The notes under the pieces are model-generated. The model ran no database searches, was not told the origin of the DNA, and saw nothing but the letters and a program-made list of their open reading frames with translations. A stretch of 64,000 nucleotides of DNA from Promethearchaeota archaeon (GTDB taxonomy: Archaea > Asgardarchaeota > Lokiarchaeia > Sigyniarchaeales > SOKP01). Both the position numbers and the translations under genes were made by a program. Where the stretch lies: positions 96,001 to 160,000 of the forward strand of contig JBHLLT010000001.1 of the NCBI GenBank assembly GCA_048938855.1. The letters run 5' to 3'. Shown piece by piece: positions 19,001-28,423 of the stretch; the first letter of the stretch is position 1; the number at the start of each line of letters is the position of its first letter.

Positions 19001-20453
19001 CTCCAGTAGCCTTCTGAATAATCAAATCTGTTTGAGTTGCTGTTTGATATCTCCATTGATCATACCGACTTCCCATACTCACTAGATTATTTTTTTCTTG
19101 TCTAATTGCAAGTCCGGTTCTATCATATGCATCATCAACTAAAAACCAGTACTCAATAGTTCCATTATCAACATTCATACTAAAATTATTATAGCAGCTT
19201 GCCCTATAAGAATATCCATTATCATCAAACCATAATACTTTATTATGGCCACTCCTACTCGAAACCACCGAAATAGGATAATTATCTGCGTTTATAAGGT
19301 AGGAAGGAAGAGTTCCATCTGGATCACTTTCAAATCCATATGTCGCGGGATAATATCCACTCATTGGTTCTGTATAGGTAATATTTTCAGGAGTAATTAT
19401 ATTGAGATAATATGAAGTATTAATTGTAAAATATCTAATATCAGACTTGTACATAGTTCCCATAGTATTATTACCAAAAACTTGGATGGTGTGTATCCCA
19501 TCTAAACTAGGATATGGGAATGTAGTATTTCCTAGAATCGTTTTATTTAATTGGTTATCAAAAGAATATCCCTGCCAATCAGGTATAAAAGAAGTATCAT
19601 AACTAAATAATAATCCTTCATCAAGGTTATCTCCGACATTATAGTGAGGATCCCAAGAGTATCCAATTGCATCAATATACATGTTATAACTGGTATGAGC
19701 TGTTGAGGTGCTCATATAAAAATTATCAGCAAAAGTCGCATTATTTTGGAATGGCATCTCTGCCGATTCTATTCCATCAATCCAACATTTCCATGCATAT
19801 TGATCTAATCCGGAATATTTTCCAGTAGTACATTCAAAATCAATTCTAATATGGTGCCATGTATTATCCAAAGGACTTGGCATATCACCTCCAGTTGCCC
19901 TTTGCATATTGAGATCTGTCTGAGTACTTGTGTGATATTTCCATTTATCATACCTACTTGAAAATTGAACTAAAGCAGTATCCCCTTGCCTTGTAATCAA
20001 TCCTGTTCGGTCATAAGCATCATCAATTAAAAACCATAATTCGATAGTACCATTATCAACATTTAGACTAAAGTTATTATAACAGCTTGCTCTATATGAA
20101 TATCCATTATCGTCAAACCATAATACTTTATTATGGCCACTCCTACTCGAAACCACTGAAATAGGAAAATCACCTAAGTTTACAATGTAGGAAGGAAGAG
20201 TTCCATCTGTATCACTTTCAAATCCATATGTTGCAGGATAATATCCACTCATCGGTTCTGTGTAGGTTATATTTTCTGGAGTATTAATATTAATCTCTGG
20301 TCCGCTTATTCTTAGTTCATGTAAATTAATAGGATCTTCTTTTAAATTTTCTAAAATAAAACTATAATTAACCGAACTAAAGAGCATAAAAGCACTAAAA
20401 ACAGAAATTAATAACATCAATAAAACAAATCTATTTGATTTCACATTTACCAT
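16077..20453 (-). CDS. Large secreted, C-terminally anchored surface glycoprotein with four lectin-like/Ig-like repeats
   Basis: N-terminal hydrophobic signal (likely start MVNVK at 20453; ORF open to 20504), 4 repeats, C-terminal Ig-like domains, TM helix plus basic tail, many N-x-S/T sequons. Confidence 0.8.
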   Translation of the reverse strand: MVNVKSNRFVLLMLLISVFSAFMLFSSVNYSFILENLKEDPINLHELRISGPEININTPENITYTEPMSGYYPATYGFESDTDGTLPSYIVNLGDFPISVVSSRSGHNKVLWFDDNGYSYRASCYNNFSLNVDNGTIELWFLIDDAYDRTGLITRQGDTALVQFSSRYDKWKYHTSTQTDLNMQRATGGDMPSPLDNTWHHIRIDFECTTGKYSGLDQYAWKCWIDGIESAEMPFQNNATFADNFYMSTSTAHTSYNMYIDAIGYSWDPHYNVGDNLDEGLLFSYDTSFIPDWQGYSFDNQLNKTILGNTTFPYPSLDGIHTIQVFGNNTMGTMYKSDIRYFTINTSYYLNIITPENITYTEPMSGYYPATYGFESDPDGTLPSYLINADNYPISVVSSRSGHNKVLWFDDNGYSYRASCYNNFSMNVDNGTIEYWFLVDDAYDRTGLAIRQEKNNLVSMGSRYDQWRYQTATQTDLIIQKATGGNMPAPLDNTWYHIRIAFECTTGNYLGLDQYTWKCWIDGVESAEMPFQSNEFYSDNFYMSTSTAHTSYNMYIDAIGYSWDPNYEIGDNVNEGLLLSFDTSFTPEWIGYSLDNQLNKTILGNTTFPYPSLNGIHTIQVFGNDSIGTMYESDIRYFTINSSYYLNIITPENITYTEPMSGYYPATYGFEDSGNGENPQGWTVVDIGGQVSIEANIGGHNKIVDIYKTSAGSGISCGFSQDIDNQTSGTIEFWWRVTSTSKITHFMVFENSIRLITLSLYDNSMLRYHDQGNWYYGFTYSADTWYLVSVDINMSTDTYSFSIFDDQGNLKQSGTDFTFEAVVTGDNFNRIDFNSGNFVSGYHHYVDAVGYSWDPNYEIGDNENEGLLLSLETNFTPEWIGYSLDGQTNKTILGNTTFPYPSLDGIHTIQVFSNNSIGTFYESDIRYFTINTSYYLNIITPENITYTEPMSGYYPATYGFEDTRDGSYPNGWKIEEESGTTFQIISGLDGHHKVAEFYDNDNTNIAYMRRDLCSTQIHGEVEWWMRISALRQSYVAFRENDVSGAYATYIAFNYNGWLQYCDGASQNIQDYTPNTWYHIKLEFNCDTDKINVSVNGVQKITNGNFWNPVNNIGGIEFYSGGAGGVDYNFYIDAIGFSWDPYYAIGDNFNEGLLLSFEKTPNFKWIGYSLDGNNNITIIGNITLPMLDNGLHSIQLFGNNSLGYFYSSDIRYFTLNIPIAPPQISINFPQAGDFYGYNAPYFEVSITSLYLDAKWYTLDNGMTKITFEGLSGTINQLEWENYGHGPVTIKFYANDTFGQESYAKITINKDLSPPNTTLLFTPYSGLNVVTDLTVFYLIADDHFESGVSIIRYRINSSSWIIYSGAFRLSGFSPGDYLITYQAFDLVGNIESEQTNVVNLYNTPDRISEISVPLTLSIILVASIGIAISIFAASILHDRNKSRIFIDEKKKRIDKITKDF
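16815..20295 (-). repeat. Four intragenic tandem repeats of about 290 aa (spacing 888, 888 and 870 nt)
   Basis: TPENITYTEPMSGYYPATYGFE occurs 4 times; DNA anchor CCACTCATYGGTTCTGT at 17599, 18469, 19357 and 20245. Confidence 0.92.
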
Positions 20454-21032
20454 TCTATTATATCCTATTTTTTTGTCTAATTTAATAATTATAATATTGA
20501 GCATATTATTAATAACTTTCTTTTGGTAGCTTTCCTATTAACTCTATACATAAAAATCTTATAATATTTTAAGTAATTCAATAATTTTTATTATAATTCA
20601 AGAAAATAGAGCGAAAAAGATTAATTGTTCTTTTTGAATTGTAAGAAAAATATAATTAATAAGGATTTTAGCTGTTAAAGAATAATAATTTTTTTTTAGG
20701 ATTGAATTATATATTTATTTAAGTTGATATGGAGTCTTGATGAGAAGAATATGAGTTTAAAAAAATCAATCTTTGAATTGAAAAAAATTTTTCATCCTGA
20801 TTCATTTTTCTTTTTATTATTTATTTTGCCAAGGGAATATCGCTTTTAATTTAAAATTATTCACTTGGCTGCGGATTTTTATATTTATCATTATTCAAAA
20901 ACAAAATTTTTATTGTGAAAAAAGACAAAAAATCTTTCTAATTCAAGATAGGGCTATTTGGAATGATTTAATTCACGAAAGATTTAAATACATTCGAGAT
21001 CTTAAAAGATATAATAAAAAAGAAAAATTTTA

Positions 21033-22580
21033 TTGATGAAGTTCATGACTATTAAACTGAGAAGGCAAGCTATTGAAATATTAAAAGAGCTGAAAAAAAG
21101 ATCGGGTGTGGCATTAGCAAAGGATCTTGCTAGTGAATTAAAGATTGATTACATTGTTCTTATGTCAGCCATTAATGATTTGATAGAGCATGATTTAGGG
21201 GGTTTCGAAGAAGAGGAAATATATCAGATTTCTCTAAATGATGAGGGTAAGGATTACTTAGCAAAGGGACTTCCTGAACGTCAATTACTTAATATTTTGC
21301 TAGATAATAATATCAAAGAAATAAAATTAGACGATTTACTTAAAAAGTCAAAGTTAGAAACAAGTATTTTTTATATTGGAATTGCTAATTTGAAAAAAAA
21401 TAGATGGATTGCTCAGAGTAAAGCTTCTGGAGAAAATGAAATCTACTTAATAGCAGATGATTTTCCTCAAACAGAAATCGAAAAATTTCTCCAAAAATTC
21501 AAGGGAAATACTACAATAGATTATTCTACGTTATTGAAAAAAGATATACAGCAACATGATCAATTAAATAAAAGAAAATTAATAATAAAAAAGCAAAAGA
21601 CCGAAAGGAAAATATATCTAACAGATACGGGAAAAAAAATTTCTGCATCTAATATACAGGAATTGAAACAGGTTAGTAAGATTACATCAGATATGCTTAG
21701 TTCAGGAACTTGGAAAAATTATGAATTAAAATCTTTCGATGTATCTAAACCAGGACCTTTATTAAAAGCGGGAAAAATACATCCTATGATTCGGTTAATA
21801 AATGAAATACGAGAAATATTTTTATCTATGGGATTTACAGAAATTAGAGGCCCCATCATTGAGAGTGCTTTTTATAATTTTGATGCATTATTTCAACCAC
21901 AAGATCATCCAGCTCGCGAAATGCAAGATACATTCTATTTAAGCAACCCAAAAACCGCTAAATTACCTGAAAGTGATAGAGTAAAAGCAGTTAAGGAGAC
22001 TCATGAAAATGGTGGTGATTCGGGTTCTATTGGATGGGGTTATGAATGGGATAGTGAAACAGCAAAAAAGACTGTTTTAAGAACACATACAACAGCTACA
22101 ACAATAAGAAGATTAGCCCAATTTTATAGAAATAATGAAAAAGTACCATTAAAGGTATTTTGTATTGATAGAGTATTTCGAAATGAAAAACTCGATAAAT
22201 CACATTTAGCAGAATTCACTCAAGTTGAGGGTATTGTTATCGATGACCATTTAAATCTATGTGATTTAATTGGTTTGTTATCAGAGTTTTATAAAAAATT
22301 AGGATTTGAAAAAATTATAACAAGACCTGGATTTTTTCCCTATACGGAGCCTAGTATGGAAGTATCAGTATATTTCGAGAAATTAGGTGAATGGCTAGAA
22401 TTTGGAGGCTCAGGAATTTTTAGACCGGAGGTTACATATCCCTGGGGTATTAAAGATCCAACTCGTGTTTTAGCATGGGGTCAAGGACTTGAGAGAATTG
22501 CGATGCTATATTTTGATCGGAAGGATATTAGAGATTTATATATTAATCCAATAAAATGGTTGAGGAATCAATCATATTAA
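21033..22580 (+). CDS. pheS: Phenylalanyl-tRNA synthetase alpha subunit (archaeal/eukaryotic type)
   Basis: NFDALFQPQDHPAREMQDTF, LRTHTT, FRNE, FFPYTEPS, WGQGLER. Confidence 0.97.
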   Translation: MMKFMTIKLRRQAIEILKELKKRSGVALAKDLASELKIDYIVLMSAINDLIEHDLGGFEEEEIYQISLNDEGKDYLAKGLPERQLLNILLDNNIKEIKLDDLLKKSKLETSIFYIGIANLKKNRWIAQSKASGENEIYLIADDFPQTEIEKFLQKFKGNTTIDYSTLLKKDIQQHDQLNKRKLIIKKQKTERKIYLTDTGKKISASNIQELKQVSKITSDMLSSGTWKNYELKSFDVSKPGPLLKAGKIHPMIRLINEIREIFLSMGFTEIRGPIIESAFYNFDALFQPQDHPAREMQDTFYLSNPKTAKLPESDRVKAVKETHENGGDSGSIGWGYEWDSETAKKTVLRTHTTATTIRRLAQFYRNNEKVPLKVFCIDRVFRNEKLDKSHLAEFTQVEGIVIDDHLNLCDLIGLLSEFYKKLGFEKIITRPGFFPYTEPSMEVSVYFEKLGEWLEFGGSGIFRPEVTYPWGIKDPTRVLAWGQGLERIAMLYFDRKDIRDLYINPIKWLRNQSY

Positions 22581-22598
22581 AATGGAGGAGTAAGAGTT

Positions 22599-24284
22599 AT
22601 GCCGACTTTAGAATTAAAAATTGAAAGATTAGAAAAGTTAGTTGGTAAAAAATTAGAGATTAAGGATTTAGAATACGATTTACAATGGATAGGGTTAGAT
22701 TTGGAAGATATTAATGAGGAAGAGCAAAAAATTAAAGTTGAATATGATCCAAATAGACCTGATTTTTCTAGTCCTGAAGGGATTGCTAGAGCTCTTAAGG
22801 GTTATTATGAAATAGAATTAGGAATACCTTCATTCGAAATTTTACCGGGTAAAATTGAATTAAATGTTGATCCAATTGTTAATAGAGTCCGACCATATAT
22901 TGTCTGTGGTGTTATCAGAGATATTGATTTAGATGAGGATGAAGTTGCTACTTTAATGAATATTCAAGAACACTTACATTGGGCAGTAGGCCGAGATAGA
23001 AAAAAGGTAGCAATTGGTGTTCATGATCTTGATAAAATTACACCCCCTTATCGATATACTGCAGTTAAACCAGATTCTGTAAGTTTTATACCATTACATG
23101 GGGATGGTTATCCCATGAATTTAGAAGAAATATTACTTTTGCATGAGAAAGGTATTGAATATGCTCATATCTTAGAAGGAAAAGAAGTTTACCCTATAAT
23201 TTATGATAATAACAATGAAGTTTTGTCTTTTCCACCTGTGATAAATGGAGTTTTAACAACTGTTACTGACGATACTAAAAATTTATTTTTGGATTTAACG
23301 GGAACAGATTTTAAAGCGGTAAATTTAGCTTTAAACATTTTATCAACAACTTTAGCAGATATGAGTGCAAAGATTGAAAGTGTTAAAGTGAATTATGAAA
23401 AAGGAAAAGAAATTGTAACTCCAAATTTAAAGCCTGAAAAATGGGAGGTAGAAATTGACTATATTAATGATTATATGGGGTTAAAATTATCTCCGAAAGA
23501 TATGATAAAATGCTTTAATAAAGTTAGATTTGACGCTAAACAATCTAGTAAAAAAGGTTATTTAGATATCATGATTCCAGCATATAGAGGAGATATTATG
23601 CATAAAGTCGATTTCACTGAAGATTGTGCTATTGGATATGGATACGATAAATTACCAAGAACAATTAGGGAAGGAGGGATAGGAAAGTATCATCCAATTC
23701 AGTCATTTTCAAATAAAATTCGAACTATAATGATTGGTGCTGGATACTTAGAAGTCTTGAACCTTATCTTATCTAACTCTGAGAAGCATTATGAATATAT
23801 GAAGCAAGAATTTAAAGAAAAAGAAAATGTCCAGATTTTAAATCCTGTTTCAAAAGAATACAACACAACAAGAACAAGTCTTTTACCAAAATTATTAGAA
23901 ACTTTATTGAACAACCGTTCTGAAGAAAAACCAATAAGAATATTTGAAGTTGGTGATGTCATATTACTTGATAAAAGCGAAGAAACTGGTGCTAAAAGAG
24001 AAGTTCATCTTTCAGCTACTACATATCATGAAAACGCAGATTTTACAGAGATTAGATCGACTTTAGACTTTATAATGACTTCACTTGGCTATGAGAACGA
24101 ATATGAGGTTAAATCTGAGAAACATCCAAGTTATATTAATGGTCGCTTCGGCAATGTTTATTTAAATAATACTAATATTGGAGAAATTGGTGAATTACAT
24201 CCAGAAGTGCTTTTAAATTTTAAATTAGAATTTCCCGTTGCTGCCTTAGAACTCAATTTTCAACATTTATTAAACAATATATAA
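22599..24284 (+). CDS. pheT: Phenylalanyl-tRNA synthetase beta subunit (archaeal type)
   Basis: PNRPDFSSPEGIAR, AIGVHD, SFPPVIN, PAYRGDIMH, GELHPEVL. Confidence 0.96.
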   Translation: MPTLELKIERLEKLVGKKLEIKDLEYDLQWIGLDLEDINEEEQKIKVEYDPNRPDFSSPEGIARALKGYYEIELGIPSFEILPGKIELNVDPIVNRVRPYIVCGVIRDIDLDEDEVATLMNIQEHLHWAVGRDRKKVAIGVHDLDKITPPYRYTAVKPDSVSFIPLHGDGYPMNLEEILLLHEKGIEYAHILEGKEVYPIIYDNNNEVLSFPPVINGVLTTVTDDTKNLFLDLTGTDFKAVNLALNILSTTLADMSAKIESVKVNYEKGKEIVTPNLKPEKWEVEIDYINDYMGLKLSPKDMIKCFNKVRFDAKQSSKKGYLDIMIPAYRGDIMHKVDFTEDCAIGYGYDKLPRTIREGGIGKYHPIQSFSNKIRTIMIGAGYLEVLNLILSNSEKHYEYMKQEFKEKENVQILNPVSKEYNTTRTSLLPKLLETLLNNRSEEKPIRIFEVGDVILLDKSEETGAKREVHLSATTYHENADFTEIRSTLDFIMTSLGYENEYEVKSEKHPSYINGRFGNVYLNNTNIGEIGELHPEVLLNFKLEFPVAALELNFQHLLNNI

Positions 24285-24322
24285 TATTAGGGATATTAAA
24301 AAAAATATGAAGAAGATTATCA

Positions 24323-24577
24323 ATGGAAGAAATTGAGATTTTAAGAAAAGATATCGATAAAATTGACGATAAAATCGTTGATTTATTAAATATGCGAGCA
24401 GAGCTTGTTGTGGAAATTGGAAAAATTAAAAAACAAATGAAAATAGAAGTGTTACAACCTCAGAGAGAAAAGGAAATCTTAAAGCGAGTTAAGGAAAAGT
24501 CAATCTTATTAAAGAGCACTAGTATTGAAGCAATATGGAAAGAAATTCTAAATGCATGTAGATTAATCCAATCTTAA
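24323..24577 (+). CDS. Chorismate mutase (AroQ, stand-alone)
   Basis: LRKDIDKIDDKIVDLLNMR..IGKIK..QPQREKEIL. Confidence 0.88.
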   Translation: MEEIEILRKDIDKIDDKIVDLLNMRAELVVEIGKIKKQMKIEVLQPQREKEILKRVKEKSILLKSTSIEAIWKEILNACRLIQS

Positions 24578-24676
24578 ATTCTATTTTTAGAAACTTTTTT
24601 ACATAGCAAAATATATACTAACTTATTCTATGATTTGAAGGTAAAAATTCTATTACCTTAAGCATAAAAATATTGA

Positions 24677-25411
24677 ATGAAAAAGATACTTGAAATGTCA
24701 GGAAATATAAGATTTGATGGTCGGAAATTTGATGAACTAAGAAATACCTCAATAGAAAGAAATTATCTTAAATATCCCGAAGGTTCTGTTCTAATAATTC
24801 AAGGAAACACAAAAGTTATTGTGACGGCGTCTATTATAGATTCTGTACCACGATTTTTGGTAGATACAGGAACTGGATGGATTACAGCAGAGTATTCAAT
24901 GCTACCAAGAGCTACCCAAATTAGAAATCAAAGAGAAATTCATAAAGGACGAACCTTCGAGATTCAAAGATTAATTGGTCGTAGTATTCGAGCAGCTTTT
25001 AATTATGAAAAACTTGGAGAACGAACTATTAGAATTGATTGTGATGTTATTCAAGCTGATGGGGGCACTAGGTGTGCCTCAATAACTGGTGCGTTTGTAG
25101 CTGTGTTTGACGCTATAAATTACCTTTATAATGAGCAATTAATCTATGAATTCCCAGATTACAATGTTATAGCAGCAATATCTTTAGGTATTAAGAATAA
25201 CCAAGTTCTATTGGATTTAGATTATGGTGAAGATTCAAAAGTAGATGTAGATTTTAACTTGGTTATGAATGATAATACTGAAATTATTGAATTACAAGGA
25301 ACAGCAGAAGGTGCAACATTCACAAAAAAGAAATTGGGTGAAATTATAGAATTAGGAGAAAAAGGGATTTTAGAATTAATAAAAATTCAAAAAAAAGTAT
25401 TAAATCTATAA
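24677..25411 (+). CDS. rph: Ribonuclease PH (bacterial type)
   Basis: GWITAEYSMLPRAT, GRTFEIQRLIGRS, DCDVIQADGGTRCASITG, LDLDYGEDS, ELQGTAEG. Confidence 0.92.
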   Translation: MKKILEMSGNIRFDGRKFDELRNTSIERNYLKYPEGSVLIIQGNTKVIVTASIIDSVPRFLVDTGTGWITAEYSMLPRATQIRNQREIHKGRTFEIQRLIGRSIRAAFNYEKLGERTIRIDCDVIQADGGTRCASITGAFVAVFDAINYLYNEQLIYEFPDYNVIAAISLGIKNNQVLLDLDYGEDSKVDVDFNLVMNDNTEIIELQGTAEGATFTKKKLGEIIELGEKGILELIKIQKKVLNL

Positions 25412-25457
25412 ATTAAAGTTTCTATAAATTTAAGTTTCAATAAATAGCAATAAAATA

Positions 25458-26915
25458 CTATTTAAATTTATCTAAATCTAATTTATCTATAGATTTAGTT
25501 ATTTTCAATTTTTCTCTCGATGATTCAGCTATCTTCTTAAGGTGATGCTGTTTTATAGTTCTAAATTCAGATAATTTTTCTTTATTTATATCAATCAAAT
25601 TATTATTCTCTCTAGGATCTAATTCCAAATTAAATAAGAATTCTGTATTATTTTCTTCATCATATATGTATTTCCAACCTTGATTTCGAATTGCTAATAA
25701 GAGAAATCCTTCTTTTTCATTTCTTTTCATAGAACCACTTTTTTGATAACATTCGGAAATGATAATACCAGTTTTTCTAAGAGTTTTACCTTTAATCAAT
25801 GAAAGTAGACTTACTCCCTGGAAGTTATCAGGAATTTCTATTCCATAATAATCTAAGATTGTTGGGGTTACATCAATTAATTGAATTGTATCATTTATCT
25901 TATTTTTGATTGATTTCTTACCTAATTCTACAATTATTAAAGGTACTCTCAAAACCTCATCAAAAATGGTCCCTTGATGGCCAAAAAACTCATGTTCATA
26001 AAAGCTTTCACCATGATCAGCAGTTATAATAATTAAACAGTCATTTTTAATTTCCTTTTTGACTGTTTCTAAAAAAAGGGCTAGATATTCATCAACAAAG
26101 TTAATTTCAGCATCATACAATGTTTTTAAATCATCTACATATTTAGGAGTTATTTCTATGTCCTTTACATTTGGATAAACTTGTTCTACAAGGAATTTTC
26201 TTTCCGATATATTAAAATCTTTTTTCCTAAAACTTAAAACATTTCGCATGGGAGGATTATAAGGACTATGAACATCCATAAAATGTGCCCAAATAAAACT
26301 AGGTTTTTTAAGGGTTTTTAAAAATGAATTTAATTTGTTTACAACATAGGGTGCATTATAAGCGATAGGTGTAAATGGTAGTAAAATGTCTGTAAGAAAG
26401 GGTATTTTCTTTCTTAACCATGTTTTTAATCTATTAAATCCTTTGATTCGGTACATTAACTTGTTTGATAGGTTATGATAGTCAAGAATTTTTTTCAAAT
26501 TAGCAATTAATTTGAGTTTTAAACTATTCTTAGGTTCTTTTTTATACCGTTCTCCGTCAAGAAAAGTGTCGAATCCACGGTCAAAATTAAAATATTTCCC
26601 AAGATTAGGGTTACTGTGAATTGCAAAGGTATTTATATTGTTTTCTTTTAACAGCTGTGGTAACGTGATTTTTTCAGGAGGTAATGGACTAAAACCGCCA
26701 TCTAATAAAGGTAAAATTGAAGTAAAGAGTGAAGAGAATGCAGTAGGTGACTCCGGTCCGTTTGTAATTGCGTTTAAAAAAATAGAACCTTCTTCAGCGA
26801 ATTTTTCCAAATATGGTGCAGTATTTCGGTGATATCCATAAGACTTCAAATGGTCGGCTCTTAAAGCATCAATAGTTAATAATATTACTGTCTTTTTTTG
26901 CTGTTCAGGAATCAT
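25458..26915 (-). CDS. Sulfatase-like hydrolase/transferase (alkaline phosphatase superfamily)
   Basis: LTIDALRADH, HFMDVHSPY, ITADHGE, GHQG, VPLII; ESPTAF in place of CxPxR. Confidence 0.85.
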   Translation of the reverse strand: MIPEQQKKTVILLTIDALRADHLKSYGYHRNTAPYLEKFAEEGSIFLNAITNGPESPTAFSSLFTSILPLLDGGFSPLPPEKITLPQLLKENNINTFAIHSNPNLGKYFNFDRGFDTFLDGERYKKEPKNSLKLKLIANLKKILDYHNLSNKLMYRIKGFNRLKTWLRKKIPFLTDILLPFTPIAYNAPYVVNKLNSFLKTLKKPSFIWAHFMDVHSPYNPPMRNVLSFRKKDFNISERKFLVEQVYPNVKDIEITPKYVDDLKTLYDAEINFVDEYLALFLETVKKEIKNDCLIIITADHGESFYEHEFFGHQGTIFDEVLRVPLIIVELGKKSIKNKINDTIQLIDVTPTILDYYGIEIPDNFQGVSLLSLIKGKTLRKTGIIISECYQKSGSMKRNEKEGFLLLAIRNQGWKYIYDEENNTEFLFNLELDPRENNNLIDINKEKLSEFRTIKQHHLKKIAESSREKLKITKSIDKLDLDKFK

Positions 26916-27012
26916 CGTAATATATAATAAATATGGATAAATAAAATTTTGGAATAATTAGTAGGGACACTCACAATAAATTTGAACCAGCTAATATTAT
27001 TTGGAAAAAACG

Positions 27013-28164
27013 TTAATGAGCTTCAATTCCTAATTGTTCTGGATGTTCTTGGAAATACTTAACTCCCTCTTTAATAATATCAACTATCGACTTGAGAGGT
27101 CTCCATCCAATTTCATTAATTATCTTATCATTTCTTCCAATTAATAATGGCACTTCACTTGGCCTTAATCTATTTTTATCAACAAATACACCAGTAGATA
27201 TATTAAATAATTTTTTTGCTAATTTAACATAATTTGCTATAGTAATTCCTTTACCAGAACATACATTATAAGGTTCACCGTATTTTTTTTTTTCACTAAC
27301 CAATATATATGCATTGACTGTATCGTTAACATGAGTATAATCTCTAATAGCATTTGGGTTCCCAATTACAATTTTTTCTCTTAAATTATTTAAAACTTCG
27401 ACGATTTGTCGATGAACTACGCTAGTAACAAATTGAATTCCTCTTCGTGGACCCTCATGGTTAAAGCCACGAGTTATAATGCTAGGAATCCCATAAGAAT
27501 TATGATATAACCAAGCTATTTGTTCAGTAGCGCATTTTGATATTCCATAAACACTTCTAGGACGAAAAGGATTTTTTTTTATATCTTCAGTTACAGGAAC
27601 CTCATTTGGATCAACTAAACCATATTGTTCACTACTACATGCCACTTGAATGCTATCTAAATTACTGTTAAACCGTCTAGCGGCTTCGAAAAGTTTTACA
27701 GTTCCAATTATGTTATTATGAGCAACTCTTGCAGGTTCTCTAAATGAAGTGGGTATAAATGACTCTGCAGCAAGATGAAATACAGCATTTGGTTCTACTT
27801 CTTCAAATATTCTATAAATTCTTTCTGCACTTGTAATATCCGCTTCATGTAAAATAATCTTCCCCCGTAAATGTTCAATATTCTCATGCATAGGAACAGC
27901 ATGTCTCCGAATAGTACCATATATTTCAGCACCTAAATCTAATAACTGTTCAGCAAGATGACTCCCAGCAAACCCACTTATACCGGTTATCAAAACTCTT
28001 TTTTCATTCCAATAATTTTTATTAGGTTTGGCAGAAGTGCGATTCTTAAAATCTTCTAAGTATTTTTCAATTTTTTCTGGTACAATAATAAATCCTTGGT
28101 GTTCAAGTTCTTTAACACGTGGATTTTCCTCAATTATTTTCTCAATTGGTATTAGGTTATTCAT
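27013..28164 (-). CDS. GDP-mannose/heptose 4,6-dehydratase-family SDR
   Basis: TGISGFAGSHL, FHLAAESF, SSEQYG, YGISK, FNHEGPRRG. Confidence 0.85.
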   Translation of the reverse strand: MNNLIPIEKIIEENPRVKELEHQGFIIVPEKIEKYLEDFKNRTSAKPNKNYWNEKRVLITGISGFAGSHLAEQLLDLGAEIYGTIRRHAVPMHENIEHLRGKIILHEADITSAERIYRIFEEVEPNAVFHLAAESFIPTSFREPARVAHNNIIGTVKLFEAARRFNSNLDSIQVACSSEQYGLVDPNEVPVTEDIKKNPFRPRSVYGISKCATEQIAWLYHNSYGIPSIITRGFNHEGPRRGIQFVTSVVHRQIVEVLNNLREKIVIGNPNAIRDYTHVNDTVNAYILVSEKKKYGEPYNVCSGKGITIANYVKLAKKLFNISTGVFVDKNRLRPSEVPLLIGRNDKIINEIGWRPLKSIVDIIKEGVKYFQEHPEQLGIEAH

Positions 28165-28423
28165 AGTATAAGTTATTTTAAATTAAAGATTTATTTTTAA
28201 GTTAATTATTAATTTTTTGGGTTAATTTTATTAAATACAAGTGAAATGTGTTGAAAAAATATTATATAGCAAGAATTTCCATAGATAAAATGGTTTAGAG
28301 AATTTATTTTCTTCAAACAGAGACAACATTAGTAAAAATCTTAATATCAAAAATCATCTATCAAAAAATATTAATCTTAATAGATTTTTATTAAATAATT
28401 GGAAAAAAAAATCATTATCTTCA

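Noticed and set aside
16815-20295. CRISPR array or diversity-generating retroelement
   Set aside because: The repeats are ~0.9-kb in-frame protein domains; there is no cas or reverse transcriptase gene and no evident adenine-specific variation.
20828-20869. SECIS element
   Set aside because: The stem is too short for the AUGA/GA core geometry, and no nearby gene shows an in-frame UGA interrupting a domain.
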